From Octopus vulgaris (taxonomy: Eukaryota), in the NCBI GenBank assembly GCA_951406725.2, contig OX597832.1:17422001-17486000 (forward strand): 64,000 nt of DNA, given 5' to 3'. Shown in pieces: positions 44,993-61,035 of the stretch. The notes beneath the pieces are model-generated. The model searched no databases. It was not told the DNA's origin and worked only from the letters and a program-made list of their open reading frames with translations. Position numbers and translations under genes: made by a program. How positions within the stretch are numbered: the stretch's first letter is position 1; the number at the start of each line of letters is the position of its first letter.

Positions 44993-45239
44993 TGTATAAA
45001 GGTTGAATGAGGACTCGTCCTATAACTGAAGGTTTCCCAAAAATATTTCTAACGTTGATTCTTCATATTTTGCTGCGAGTTTACACGCATAAATCTTCGA
45101 AGATATGAAAGTAGTACTTGTATATAATTTATGATGTATTTATGAAATGGAGTCCCATAAAACACATCAATTTATTTTAAAATGGAGGATAGAAGTTGTT
45201 AAAAAATATAAGTTTAACTGTTGCAAACGATCGTTTCGT

Positions 45240-46600
45240 ACAGAAATTTGGAGAAACTCCAAACCCAAATCTAATTTTTTTATTATTAAATATTTTAGCA
45301 TACTGAGAGTTTTTGAAGATTTTATTAATAACCATTCTAATGGATCTAATAAAGGTAGATTTTAAATGTTTGGCAAAAGAGATTATAATCGAAGTAGTAT
45401 TATTGTTGTTTGTTTTATTGAAAGGTTGGTTTGTGTGTAGAGAGTCAGCCATTCTCAAACAAGGTATTGGTTTCTTTATTGCTATTCTACTCCAATCCTT
45501 ATAAATTTGAGTTGCATGGTTCTGTATGTTATCGAAGGAATTTGGCATATTTAGATTGTTCTTATTGTTCTGTTTATTGGCTTAATGTTCCTATTTTTAT
45601 CTTTAACCCTTTAGTGTTCAGATTACGCTGTTAAATGTAATACTTATTCACTCAAATTGTCTTTAATTAATCATGCATTATCTTATAGCTTTGAGGTTTC
45701 AATGATGTGATTGTTTATTTTTAGAATGTCAATGTAGGTTAGGTTTGAGGGGCTAGATATTCCCAGTTTGATTATAAAACATATAGAATATTTGGGCCAG
45801 ATATGGCCGGTTTAAACACTAAAGGGTTAATTATACAGTTTTGGTGTTTGTTGTCAGTATTCCTAGGTTTATTAATATTAGTGTAGCTAGGAAGGTGGAA
45901 GTTACTAAAATTTAATTTTTATTTTCGTTAGTAAAATTTTAGGTGTGTTTTTAGCATGGTTATTGTGGTGATGACTGTCGTGTTTTTGCTGATGTTTTTG
46001 ACTCTTATTGAGAGTTTTTGTTATACGTTTATTGGGGTGTACTAATTCATCAGGTGACTTGTGTTCACTCATATTATCTACATTATTCTTTTCAAGATAA
46101 TGTTTGATATGATTAGTATTGGTGCTGTTGTTTTTATTATACTTAATTTCATAATTATATCCTGCCTTATTCCTTGCCAGGTTATAGTAGTCCTTAAGTT
46201 TGTTAAATATTTCCTCGTTACATGAAAGTAGATTTATTCTTTTCTCTATGTTAGGGGTCAGGTTTTCTATAATGTTATTTGGATGGTTGCTGTGCACATT
46301 TATGCATGTTATATTGGTGTTAGGTTCATGGCAAGGTTGGTGGGTAGAAGTATTAAGATAACGTCTAGGAAGTTAACAGAGTTGTTATCGTTCTCAATGG
46401 TGATAGGTAGTCATTGGTTTTTAAAAAATGTATGTCGTCTTTTTTTTTGCAAAGTTCTAGTTTTCAGTTGGAGGTGTTTCTAACTAAGATTAGAGTGTCG
46501 TCCCTTTTAATTCAAGGAATTCTTCTTTAAATTGGTGTAGTGGGTTAATCCTAACTAAGTCGGTTATCTCTGCAGAGTCTTGTTTGCTCATGGGCTGGAT
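45240..46600 (-). pseudogene. Penelope-like element reverse-transcriptase remnant
   Basis: Minus-strand peptides QDSAEITDLV (RT motif 4-like), HSNHPNNIIENLTPNIEKRINLLSCNEEIFNKLKDYYNLARNKAGY (PLE thumb SNHP motif) and YAKIFNNKKIRFGFGVSPN (linker before GIY-YIG) in the expected order; frameshifted. Confidence 0.78.
45607..45826. mobile_element. piggyBac-type MITE inserted in the Penelope remnant
   Basis: TTAA|CCCTTTAGTGTT ... AACACTAAAGGG|TTAA: 12-bp perfect TIR, CCC termini, TTAA TSD. Confidence 0.85.
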
Positions 46601-46869
46601 AAAATTCGGAGTTAAGGATTTAACTACGAATTGTATCGGAGTTTGAAAGCTTTGAAAAGCGTTAGCAAAACCGTTATTAATTATGTAGGAAGAGAAAAGC
46701 CATATTTTGTACGATATTGTATAATACATTTGTTATGATGATTCTAATATACTGTAGTCCTGTATAACAAATTTGTTTTTTTTTTCATCTTTTCTTTTTC
46801 CTTCCATATATATATGCATATATATATGTATGCATGCTTCACTGTACAGATATATGTTTACACATATAA

Positions 46870-46969
<100 letters not shown>

Positions 46970-47019
46970 AAACAAGTCAAGATAAAAAATGCTAAAATAA
47001 TTTTTTATTTAGAACATTT

Positions 47020-47057
47020 CAGTAACGGTTTCAGTCATTTTGAGACATTTTCAACTG
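47020..47057 (-). ncRNA. Hammerhead-like motif with U3-A8 core
   Basis: Minus strand: CAG-UUGAAAA-U-GUC(UCAAAAU)GAC-U-GAAA-CCGU-UA-CUG. Confidence 0.5.
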
Positions 47058-47280
47058 TAACGATTAAATAATTAAATTTAGAAAAATTAAAAGAAAAGTT
47101 TTTAAAAAAGAAAATTTGTATAGTGTTCAAATATAAGTGGCATTTTCCTTGTTTCTGCCTTTCTCTGTCTCTCTACTTGTAGGTTCGAGGTCAACCCACA
47201 TTAAAAATAACTTTAGCATTTTTTATCTTGACTTGTTTTTTCATATATATCAACTCGTGTGTTCCTTTTCATCCTTATAC

Positions 47281-47405
<125 letters not shown>

Positions 47406-47620
47406 TATATATATATCGGACAACTACAACAATAGTAAATATATATCAGAATGAAGTATATAGAAATAACTACTCTCAGAAAAAATAAGTATATAGAAGA
47501 AATAAATCTCTCTTTCAAAGATTCTCTCCCCTTGAGAGAAGTTGCTACCCATCTTCAACCATGTGTTTGGGTGTGCATATTATTATGTAAATGCTCCGAA
47601 TTGTATCCAACCCTCGAATT

Positions 47621-47650
47621 TTGAAAAGCTTTAGCGAAACCGGTTATTAA
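47621..47650 (+). ncRNA. Minimal hammerhead-like motif with U3-A8 core
   Basis: UUGAAAA-GCUUUAGC-GAAA-CCGG-UUA; palindromic stem III, stem I poor. Confidence 0.4.
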
Positions 47651-48034
47651 TTATGTTGGAAGAAAACATCTTATTTTGTATGATGGTTCTAATATACACT
47701 TTAGTCTTATATAACAAACCTTCTGTGTTTTGTCATCTTTTCTTTCATTGTATATTCAACGATGTGGAATTAACAACCATACTTTCTACCTCATATATTG
47801 AAAGTTGTCAATTGTGGAACTCGAATATCATTACATAAACATGAAGATTGCAAAACGCATGAAAGTACTTGATTTTTTCCAAATTTGTAAAATTGTAAAC
47901 TTATAAAAATTGCAAATAATAAAATGTGAAAACCAGTTGTAATTTTATTGATTAATATATAATGTGTGTGTGTATTTATGTATATATATATATGTATATA
48001 TATATGTGTGTGTGTATTTATGTATATATATATG

Positions 48035-48069
<35 letters not shown>

Positions 48070-48460
48070 AAATATATTAGTTTGTGCGTGTTAGTTGTAA
48101 TATATAAAGTAAAGAACACCAAGATGCCTGATGAAGTGCAAGATATAATTCATCACAAACCAGATGGCCGTATTACCAAGTATACATGGCTTGCAGATCT
48201 TCCTACATCTTTCTCTCTCATTCACATTCCTCTCTCGCTCAATTAAATTAGCTTGTTGAATTATATAATTTTTCTGTTAAATTTCATGGAGACATCGTAT
48301 ATTTCATTCTATATCGATATTAAATCAATACTAAACCGTATGGCTTTAAACTTTCCTGTAAACATTGTAAGAGACACTAATGTAACTTAAAACTGTATAT
48401 GCCAACTATATCACTGTTTAATCAATGAACCAAATTTATAATGAAATAATAATAATAATA

Positions 48461-48502
<42 letters not shown>

Positions 48503-48886
48503 TTAATAATTATAATTATAATTATAAAATGATGATAATAACAATAATAGTATACTATTTCTTTATTTTTGTTATAGGAATTAGAGTTCATCAGTTTTTC
48601 TAAATGAGTGATCTTGATATATATGGGAGTATAATATATATATAGATAGATGGCTATGTGTGCGTATGTATATATATATACATATATACATATATCTATA
48701 CACACATATATATACTTATATACATACATATATATACAAATATATATGTCTATATAAACACATATATATATACGCATGTATATATACATATATACATATA
48801 AATAGCTATAAATATATGTATATATTATATATATTCCTGCGTAATATTTATGTATATATGTATATAAATTTTTACATAAATATATA

Positions 48887-48934
<48 letters not shown>

Positions 48935-49699
48935 AATATACATAAATATATATACGTACATATATATAGAGAGAGAGATAAATAGGTAGATATCTATCTA
49001 TATACAGATATATATACATATATATGCATACATACATATATGCCTATATATATATAATGTGTTTGTGTGTGTGAATGTATGCGTGTATGTATGTGTGCAG
49101 GTGTTAGAAAAGGCAGAAGCTAAAATATATAATACAAATGGTTTACAGTGTTCGGAGTGTGGGGATGCCGTGAAAATTATAAAGTTATCAATAAACAAAT
49201 AATAAATTAAAATTAAACTTCTTAGTTAAAATATATACACGGAATCAATTCACAAATAGATTTTTATCAGAAAATTTTCAATCCTCCACGGAATTTCTTT
49301 CGTTTCTGTGTTGGATTTGTTAGTCTTTCTTTCATTCTTTTCTTCGCTGATATAGAAAACACAAATCAGAAAATAATCAAAGCGAGCAGAAGATAAAAGA
49401 CAAATAAAAAGAAAGTGTGAGAAAGGGAGAGATATTGAGAGGGAGAGATATTATGTGGGATAAGAGAGTTACAGTGGAGGGGAGGGAAAAAGATACAGAC
49501 GGATAAATAAATGAATTGAGGGATAGAGAAAGAGAGAAGTAGAGACAGAATAGTAGATGAATTGAGAAAGAGAGGCAAGAAGTGAGAAAGACAGAGGAGT
49601 AAATATATAGAGAGACAGACAAAGGAGGAAGACAAACAGAAGTAAATGAACTGAGGGAGAAAATGAGGGAACGGAGCATAAGAATTGAGAGAGAGATAG

Positions 49700-49751
<52 letters not shown>

Positions 49752-50134
49752 AGAGGAAAAGAATGGAGATTGTATGATTGTAAAATATAAAAGCATGAAT
49801 ATAATTATAAAAGCTACGTATATAAATAAACATGGCGGAATTTCTTAAAACAAATAATGTTTGTATGTTTGTGTGTGTGTGTTTGTCTATGTTAATGTAT
49901 TAAATCAAATTGTTTTTGTTTATGTATTGCTTGCTTATTGTGGTATTGTTTGTTTGTTTGGCTTTCTTATGTTTTTATATTCATTGCTTATTTGCAATTT
50001 ATTAGTTTTTTGTTTTTCTGTTTTGTTTGTTTCTTCCGTTTTCCATTTTCGTTCGCCCATCGCAAGGAATGTCTATCTGCTTACAAAACATTTGACAAGT
50101 TTCTTTGAATCAGGACGGTAATTTCACTTTGATT

Positions 50135-50912
<778 letters not shown>

Positions 50913-51304
50913 GATATTCGATTTTTAACAAAAATTTCTCGTTTTTAGTATTTCGTTTTTTGTTTTTAGGCAACTAATTTTACGTTATGTTTTATTTAGA
51001 TTTTATATGATATGGTATACATATCTATACATACGTATAAATATTCATACACATGTGTCTATGTATTTTGGGAGGGTGAATGATGGTTACGTGTGCGCCT
51101 CTCTCTCTCTCTCTCTCTCTCTCACACTCTCTCCTCATATATATATATATATGTGTATATATATGTATGAATGTACGTATGTATATATATATATATATAT
51201 ATATAGACATATGCATACATGCATATATGTATATATGTGTGTGTGTATATATATATATATACATAATCATATATACACATATATATACAGCTGTATATGT
51301 GTGT

Positions 51305-51337
<33 letters not shown>

Positions 51338-51364
51338 GTATGTATGTATGTAGTTGTTTGTGTC

Positions 51365-51418
<54 letters not shown>

Positions 51419-51932
51419 CATATATAGGTTTATATATATATGTGTGTGTGTGTGTTAGTGTTTGTATACATCATGCTTCAACTTACAAGTATACACACAT
51501 ACAATAATATTTACAAATTTTACAGATATCCTTCTGTGCCTGTATACGTAGACGCTTACTCAGGGCGTATTCCTACATCTACTCACACAGACAAACGCTC
51601 ACAAACACACGCACAAACATATATTTCCATAGTTTAGAAAAGTCTTGGATGTTTAGAAAAACATGCATTTCCTTGTTTTTGCATTGAAATTTTATTTGTT
51701 TATTCCTCCTTGTTCGCGATACACCACAGTTTAATTTCTCTCACTCAGCCTCTCTCTGAGTTCTTCCTGCCGTTCACTATCTCTCACTCCTCAGTGATTG
51801 CATGTATATATTTATGTATCTATCTATGTAGGTATTTAAATGTGTATGTATTTATGTATATAAATATAAATATTTATATACATTTATATACATATATATA
51901 TACATGTGTGTTTGTGTGTGTGCATATATATG

Positions 51933-51984
<52 letters not shown>

Positions 51985-52712
51985 TATACAAGCATATATA
52001 TATGTATGTAAATGCATGCATATGTATATATGCATAAATATATAATTATACATATATGTATATATATGTACATACATTCAAATACATATATACAGAGACA
52101 CAAATGAGTGACTGAAAGGCCAGGTATATATATATATATATATATGTGTGTGTATGTGTGTGTGTCTGTGTCTGTGTCTGTGTGTGTGTGTATATATATG
52201 TATATATATATATGTAGGTAGGCAGGTGCGTGTACATATTGGCAGTAAACATATAGGTACACACATGCATATATCCATGTGGACAACCACATGAATACAT
52301 ATCTTATTCCTCTCTATATACCCGTCTGTGTGTCTCAGTACCTAAATCTCAGTAGTATCTGTCTATCTTTCCATTTAATATTGTCTTTCTTTTTCCTTTC
52401 TTCACCCACCTTCCTCTCTCTCCCTCTCACTTTCTTTCTCTCTCTGCTTTTCTATTTCTTTTCTTATCACTTCTCTTGTTTTCATCTTGAATGATGCGAA
52501 ATATCTATAAACTTCACTGGTGTCATCTGACCAACCTTATATGGAATGCAAACTGACATCAACATCTGTAATTATATCTGAATCTGTCAGTTATGATTGG
52601 CAACGAATATGGCTCACTTATCTTTCGCCATTTTGAATTTCGTCTCCCGCAGTACGCAGACACACGTCTTATATACATACATGCATACATACTTACATAC
52701 ATGCATATATAA

Positions 52713-52745
<33 letters not shown>

Positions 52746-52769
52746 TATATATATGCATATATATGTATA

Positions 52770-52807
<38 letters not shown>

Positions 52808-53642
52808 TATATATACATATAAATACATAGATATATACATATATATAAATATGTGTGTTTATATATATATATATATATGTATTTATACATATGTATATAT
52901 GAATATATGAGTATACATGTATAAATATATGTATATATTTATATGTGCGTGTGTGTGTGTGTGTGTGCTTTGTTTTCGTTTATCACTTTTTTGTTTGTTC
53001 TTTCTTAATGCTTTCGCGCCATTTTCTGACTGTGCTTCACAAAGAGCGACGTCAGCATCCTGTAAAATAGAAAAACCAACAAACAAACACAGAGACACAC
53101 ACACACATAGAGAGAACCACATGCACATACACACACTCATACACACTCAAAAACAAAACAAAAAACGAAGACCAACATATATCAGTCTATGAAATGCTTT
53201 GCTGTTCAATACTTGCTTGTAAGGAATATTGAATAATAATCTGCATACACATACCACATCCCGCCTCCATCCATCAAGAAAAAAAAGCACAAAAAAAATG
53301 CAAACAGCCGCGAATATGAATATATAAGTTTTGTATGATGAGGCATCCCCATAAAATAAAGCGAAATTAAAAGCAAGACAAAGAAAGCAGTAGAGACACA
53401 TACGGTTGAAGATGCGATGACAGGACACGGGAGGGGGTACGAGAGGGACGATATCAAATATGGAGATGATGTCTGCTGTCTCCGCGGTTGAGGGTGTTTG
53501 TGGTGTTTTAGTAAAGGTTAAATACAGAGATGGATGTATATGTATACTTTATATATATTATGTATGTATGTATGTATGTATGTATGTTTGTATGTATGTA
53601 TGTGTGTGTGTATGTGTGTTTGTGTGCAGGTGTTTGTGTATG

Positions 53643-53691
<49 letters not shown>

Positions 53692-53707
53692 GTGTATATA
53701 TTTATAC

Positions 53708-53756
<49 letters not shown>

Positions 53757-53772
53757 TTTATATATATATATA

Positions 53773-54099
53773 TTAATAGTAAAGGTAAGCTAAAAAAGGA
53801 AAGAGACCTCGATGTTATGTAAATAGAGGAATTTATGTTACATAATATGTGACAATTATTCGGTTGCCATAATAAGACTCCGAGTTTCGGATGTCGGGGC
53901 GGAAACCTGCTCCGGCATCTCGTCAGTTACGGAGGCAATCAAAATATGCCATGAAAATGACCTTTAAACAAAGGGAAAATACTATGAGTGTTATTATGTC
54001 AACCGAAAATTTTCCACATATTATATTACAGATAAATTCCTCTATTTACATAATATCGAGGCTTCTCTCATTCTTTTGTTGTCTTACCATTACTATTAA
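53773..54099. mobile_element. Inverted-repeat cassette (~110-bp arms) enclosing a hammerhead motif
   Basis: 53773-53880 vs 53986-54099 (for example cctcgatgttatgtaaatagaggaatttat / ataaattcctctatttacataatatcgagg); sits between (TA)n and (CA)n. Confidence 0.8.
53872..53930 (-). ncRNA. Type I hammerhead ribozyme motif
   Basis: Minus strand: GUAA-CUGACGA-[GAUGCCGGAGCAG(GUUU)CCGCCCCGACAUC]-C-GAAA-CU(CGG)AG-UC-UUAU. Confidence 0.72.
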
Positions 54100-54472
54100 C
54101 ACACACACACACATAGACACTCAATTAAGATTCAGTTGAATTAGGTGCTTAAATTGAGGCACCTTGTTAGGTCTCAGTAACATGCATACTGAATGATATT
54201 AGGTGAATATCGTACTTGATGCATAAGTGTCTGCCATGTGATATTCTTACAGTGTATACTGTTAATAAGACCGAGTTGGGTGAAGAAATCCTTTCTTGCA
54301 TATTCAGACATGTGCTTTATATTAAAAATACTGTCTATAATATTTACGAAGCGTAGATTCCAGGATAGGTGAATGCAAAACAACTGTAAAATTGGGGCCA
54401 AAACAACAGTAACGTTCTCCTTTGTAGGACTGCAACGTTATGCTGCCATATAAACATTACTATATATATTGT

Positions 54473-55080
<608 letters not shown>

Positions 55081-55182
55081 AATTAATCCAAACATGAAAA
55101 CACATAGGGAAAGCACAACAACTCGATGACATGGAACATGTATAATGTTACTGGACGCTCAGGAAAGGAAAGAAAGAAGGAG

Positions 55183-55218
55183 GATTTAACGTTTCGAGCA
55201 GAGCTCTTCATCAGCAAC
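55183..55218 (-). ncRNA. Minimal Penelope-type hammerhead core within a ~200-bp insert (55083-55290) in (TA)n
   Basis: Minus strand: CUGAUGA-A-GAGC(UCU)GCUC-GAAACGUUA; palindromic AACGUU; stem I weak. Confidence 0.6.
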
Positions 55219-55832
55219 ATAGAAAAAGGAAAGATCCATGGAAGGGAAGACGGAGGAAAAAAAATCGCCAACGATACACACGCGGTCACATACATTTATA
55301 TATATATATTCATCCATCAGTATTATAGTATCTATGTCTTCGCATAAGAAAGAAATTTGTAAAGAGTATGTGTGAGATGTAAGGTGTGACATTGCAATTG
55401 GAAATTGACTGTACGCATGAGCGATATTGAAAATGAAATTAGAAGTAAGAAATAAAGAATAAGAAAGGCAATGCTCGCAGGGGCGGGGGTGATTGACTGC
55501 AGGAAAATCAAAACAATACAAACAAATATAAATAAAATGAAATTACAAAAAATATGCGAAATGTCTTTCTATGTGAGCGAAAGTATTGGGGCGGAAACGA
55601 TACATACGGGGATACAAGGGGACGTGGCTTAAATTTTGATAGAATCAAGTATACAATGAGATTAAAGGATATATGAAGATAATAACAGAGACAGGGATGG
55701 ACAGAGAATCACATACAGACGTGTAGAGATAGTTAGGGGAGTCGATATATCAATAAGTTAAAGAAGTGACTATTTAAATAGGGATCAAAGAGAATATGAA
55801 GTGCGAGACTTATACACACACACACATATGAA

Positions 55833-55909
<77 letters not shown>

Positions 55910-56305
55910 CATATGAATGTATATATATATATATATATACATATATACATATGTATATATATACATACGTATACACACACGTACTTGTATGTTATATGTA
56001 TGTATGTATGTATATGCATGAATCTTTGTGTCTGTGTTTGTACCCAACACAACTTGAAAACCGGTGTTGGTGCGTTTACGTCCCCGTAACCGTAGTAGTT
56101 CGGCAAGAGAGACCAGTAGATTAGTATGATTAGTATGGTGATACATGTGATCTTGAAGGATCCTGTTTCTTAATATACCCCATTTGTGTAGTTAACAACC
56201 GAAATAAATTCTTCTGGGGGTTCGAACGAAAAGAATGATGCTGCTATTTCGCTGTATGTTTTTGTTTTCATTTTTTAAATTTATCTTTTATTCTATAGGA
56301 GAAAT

Positions 56306-56750
56306 TGGTGACATGGTGGAAGTGATCGTATGTGGGACGAAATGATCAGCGTATTTTCCGGGTTCGTTACATTCTGCGCTCAAATCCGCCGAAGTCAAAT
56401 TTATCCTTAATAATTTCAGAGTCGATAACATATAGGACCAATCATGTACTCATGTTATATTCGACTAGAACCTTTCCCACACAAAATTGCTAACGTTTTG
56501 CCCAAATTAGAAAGAAATTTTACATTGAAATATTCAGTTCAACTGCCGCTGTGTTCTACCGAGGTCAATAAAAAACTCACATACCGGCCAAATAACGGCA
56601 TTGCGGTGAGCTACCAGATTCGTTGGTAAGTTATTGCGCACTGAGTTGAAATTCAATCGAGGTCGACTTCACCTTTCATACCATCGCAATCAATAAAATA
56701 ATTAGTAGTTGAGTTCCCCGAAATTGCTGGCCCTGTGCCAAAATTTGTAA
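56306..56750 (+). mobile_element. Two old SINE family A copies
   Basis: Degenerate ctcaaatccgccgaagtcaa and gagttgaaattcaatcgaggtcgacttcacctttca cores. Confidence 0.6.
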
Positions 56751-57138
56751 CCTATAATTATCATCTAAACACCTTCACCTAAAATTGCTAGAATTTTCTA
56801 AAATTATGAACACTTATTTATTTAGAAGAACGTAAATACTAAGAATGACTTACATAGAACAGTGTAAATTTAGAAGTTAGTTGAGATAACGTTGAGTACG
56901 AATATAAATTCTGTATTTCGGTGCCGGTATGTGAAATAAAGGGCATGGTACGTATCCAGCAAAGAAGGGAATCGACAAGAGAGTCTCTGCCGGCTCTCTC
57001 ACTTGGCAGGGTCCGCAATGTTATCACAACGGTGTAGTCTTACCACGGTGTCAACTTTCATAACAGATTATATCACGCTAAAGGTAGGGCCTTTACTTAA
57101 AGTTTCTTAACATGGAAAGCCAGGTTTGGCGCATATGA

Positions 57139-57206
<68 letters not shown>

Positions 57207-57402
57207 GGAAGGTGTTTATATATATAACAGTACGTACATAGTGCATATATACATACACACATGCATATATATGCATGTGTGTATGCGTGTAAGTATATGT
57301 GTGTGTATCAATAACTATCTGTCTATGTGGATATATATATACTATCTATCTCTTTCTCATTCTCTCTCTATATATATATATATATGTATATATCTATATA
57401 AG

Positions 57403-57498
<96 letters not shown>

Positions 57499-58036
57499 TA
57501 TAGATAGATAGATAGACAGACAGATATTAACTGTCAAAGATATTACAATATATGAAATATTGTGTTTAGCCAAACAAAATACCATATGATAACATAGTGC
57601 TTTATAACATATGGTATATGTCTTTGCCGAATATTAATATTAAAAGCCAAACCAATCTACTTCAAAGAACAGTAATATGATAGGAAAACAAATTTGCCCC
57701 ATACATTGAGGTATTTCATTGCATAGACAATCATAACGGTAATGTTCTTCAACTAATCTGTCTTTTAGAAGATTCCTGGTCATTCTTTTCATTATATTAT
57801 GGAAATAGTAATTGGAATATCTTTCAATATATCTATCTAGCTATTAATGTACCTTCGTTCATACCTATGTATCTAACTACTAACCTATTTATTGTTTTAT
57901 CTATTTATCTATCTATGTATCGTCCTCTCTCTTTTCCTTTCTCTTCCTCACTCTCTATCTCTCTCTCTTTCTATATATATATAAATATATATATATTTAT
58001 ATATATATATACCGTATATGTATACGTATATATGTT

Positions 58037-58102
<66 letters not shown>

Positions 58103-58264
58103 CATATGCATACATATATGTATATGCACACATATATACACGCACCCTCCCACACAAATATATATATTACTGCCAACCTATGTCAACGTAAACCATGAGT
58201 TTCCCATTGTTATTATATCCATTTTCTACTCTTATATGTATGTATTCATATGTATGTATGTATG

Positions 58265-58387
<123 letters not shown>

Positions 58388-58392
58388 GTGTA

Positions 58393-58435
<43 letters not shown>

Positions 58436-58440
58436 CTATA

Positions 58441-58775
58441 ATTAAAATTAATTAGAAAGGACATACTAAGTTAGTCTACCTGCTGGAAATAACAGTTAAA
58501 ACTTATTTGAATCACCAAATTGCACTGTAATAACTACAGAAATCCACCGTCCGAAGACAAACGGGCTAAGACAATCCCTCGGCTCACATTCCTGAATTTG
58601 GCTTTACATGAGGCCAAATACTTGAATATATGCCGAGAGATTGTCTTAGCCCGTTTGCCTTCGGACGGTGGATTTCTCTAGTCATTATCGGTGTAATTTT
58701 GGCGATTTAAATAACAATTTTCACTGTTATTTCCAACATGTAGAATATCTAGTACGTCCTTTGATTAATTTTAAT
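58441..58775. repeat. 335-bp fold-back palindrome (MITE-like)
   Basis: 58441-58602 pairs with 58613-58775 over the whole length; 58538-58583 vs 58632-58677 has 2 mismatches in 46 nt. Confidence 0.9.
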
Positions 58776-59225
58776 CAATTAATTTTAATTCTTTAGCTAC
58801 TTAATGCTTTTCGGGTGAGGGGATCCTACAGTTGCCTATGTTATTGATTCTGTTATTATCAGTTTTAGATTGTTACATTAGATAATTATAGACTCAATGA
58901 TATCTTCCCAAATTATTTTTTGCATTAAAAAACAACATACATCATCAATTGATATTGTTAAGAACATCACTGGGAAATGAATATTTTACGGCATTTTTTG
59001 TTGATGGGATCGTAAAGTTTATTGCTGAAATGATCAAAATTATTTTGTTCCTACTTAAACTGAAAGTAAATGTTAAAACTACCCAGTGAGAAAGAGGTAT
59101 GCTTTGCTTTTTCTCTTTTGATACACACATTTATGCAAGCCTTCTTATTATTTAAGTTTTTATGAGCCTTTTTTATGACGCTGGTGCAAAGCAACTGGAA
59201 CTATAAAGATAAGATTTTATATATC

Positions 59226-59456
59226 TATTTCTTTACCACCCACAAGGGGCTAAACACAGAGGGGACAAACAAGCACATACAAACAGATTAAGTCGATTAC
59301 ATCGACCCCTGTGCGTAACTGGTACTTAATTTATCGACCCCGAAAGGATGAAAGGCAAAGTCGACCTCGGCGGAATTTGAACTCAGAACGTAACGGTAGA
59401 CGAAATACGGCTACGCATTTCGCCCGACGTGCTAACGTTTCTGCCAGCTCACCGCC
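59226..59456 (-). mobile_element. Young full-length SINE family A with 15-bp TSD
   Basis: aagattttatatatc at 59211-59225 and 59457-59471. Confidence 0.93.
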
Positions 59457-59643
59457 AAGATTTTATATATCGGGCAATATATGTGTTTAACCACAGAAAA
59501 ATGCGAATTATATTACATTCGGGTAACAAAACAAGTCTATGACTTAACGGACGACTCCAAAAACCATTGCACCGAAGCCACCTGACAGCTATGAGCCATC
59601 ACATTAAAAGACTTTTATTTCTGATTCCCTATAACAATAGATA

Positions 59644-60027
59644 GTGGAGGCGCAATGGCCCAGTGGTTAGGGCAGCGGACTCGCGGTCGTAGGATCGCGG
59701 TTTCGATTCCCAGACCGGGCGTTGTGAGTGTTTATTGAGCGAAAACACCTGAAGCTCCACGATGCTCCGGCAGGGGGTGGTGGTGATCCCTGCTGTACTC
59801 TTTCACCACAACTTTCTCTCACTCTTACTTCCTGTTTCTGATGTACCTGGATTTCAAAGGGCCGGCCTCGTCACTCTCTGTGTCACGCTGAATATCCCCG
59901 AGAACTGCGTTAAGGGTACACGTGTCTGTGGAGTGCTCAGCCACTTACACGATAATTTCACGAGCAGGCTGTTCCGTTGATTCGGATCAACCGGAACCCT
60001 CGTCGTCGTAACCGACGGAGTGCTTCC
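59644..60027 (+). mobile_element. Young full-length SINE family C, tail variant 2, with 13-bp TSD
   Basis: ataacaatagata at 59631-59643 and 60028-60040; intact A and B boxes. Confidence 0.93.
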
Positions 60028-60699
60028 ATAACAATAGATAAAAACAATTATTGCTTAGCTGTGACATTCGTCCTATAATGAGGAATAGAAAAGTAGATTC
60101 GACGAGATGACGGCATCTTCTCTCACATCATCATTGTCAGAATCTGGGCAAGGAGCTAGCTGAAGCGTTACGAGGTCAATTAAAAATGTATCAATCGTAT
60201 CAGTCGAATGATCGATTGTTCGATTTGAACTGATTCTTTATTGATAACTGTAGCCAATAAATATTATAGTGACGATTTCAAGGACGATTATGAAAATGCT
60301 GATAATGATGGGAATGATGACAATGAGTAATTAAGAAATGTTTTTTTTTTATTTTTACATTTTAATTTGATTGTTGTTGTAATTATTTTGTAGATATCCG
60401 TTGTTTGCTGCTTTTGTCTTGTTGACGATGATGCTTTTGTTTTTGTTGTTGGTATTTTTCTTGATGATGATGATGATGATGATGATGTTGATGATGATGA
60501 AGAACAAGAAGAAGAAGAGGAGGAGAAGGTGGAGTAGGATGGTGAAGAATTACAATTACGATTATAATGGTGGTGGTGGTGTGGTGGTGGTGGTGGTGGT
60601 GGTGGTGGTGGTGGTGATGACGGTGATGTGATGATGATTGTACGGATGGCGATTAACATAATGAGGACGATGTTCTCCATCAGGATGACCACGACGATG

Positions 60700-61035
<336 letters not shown>

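Noticed and set aside
59645-59716. tRNA-like cloverleaf
   Set aside because: SINE head continuing into SINE body, with TSD; not a tRNA gene.
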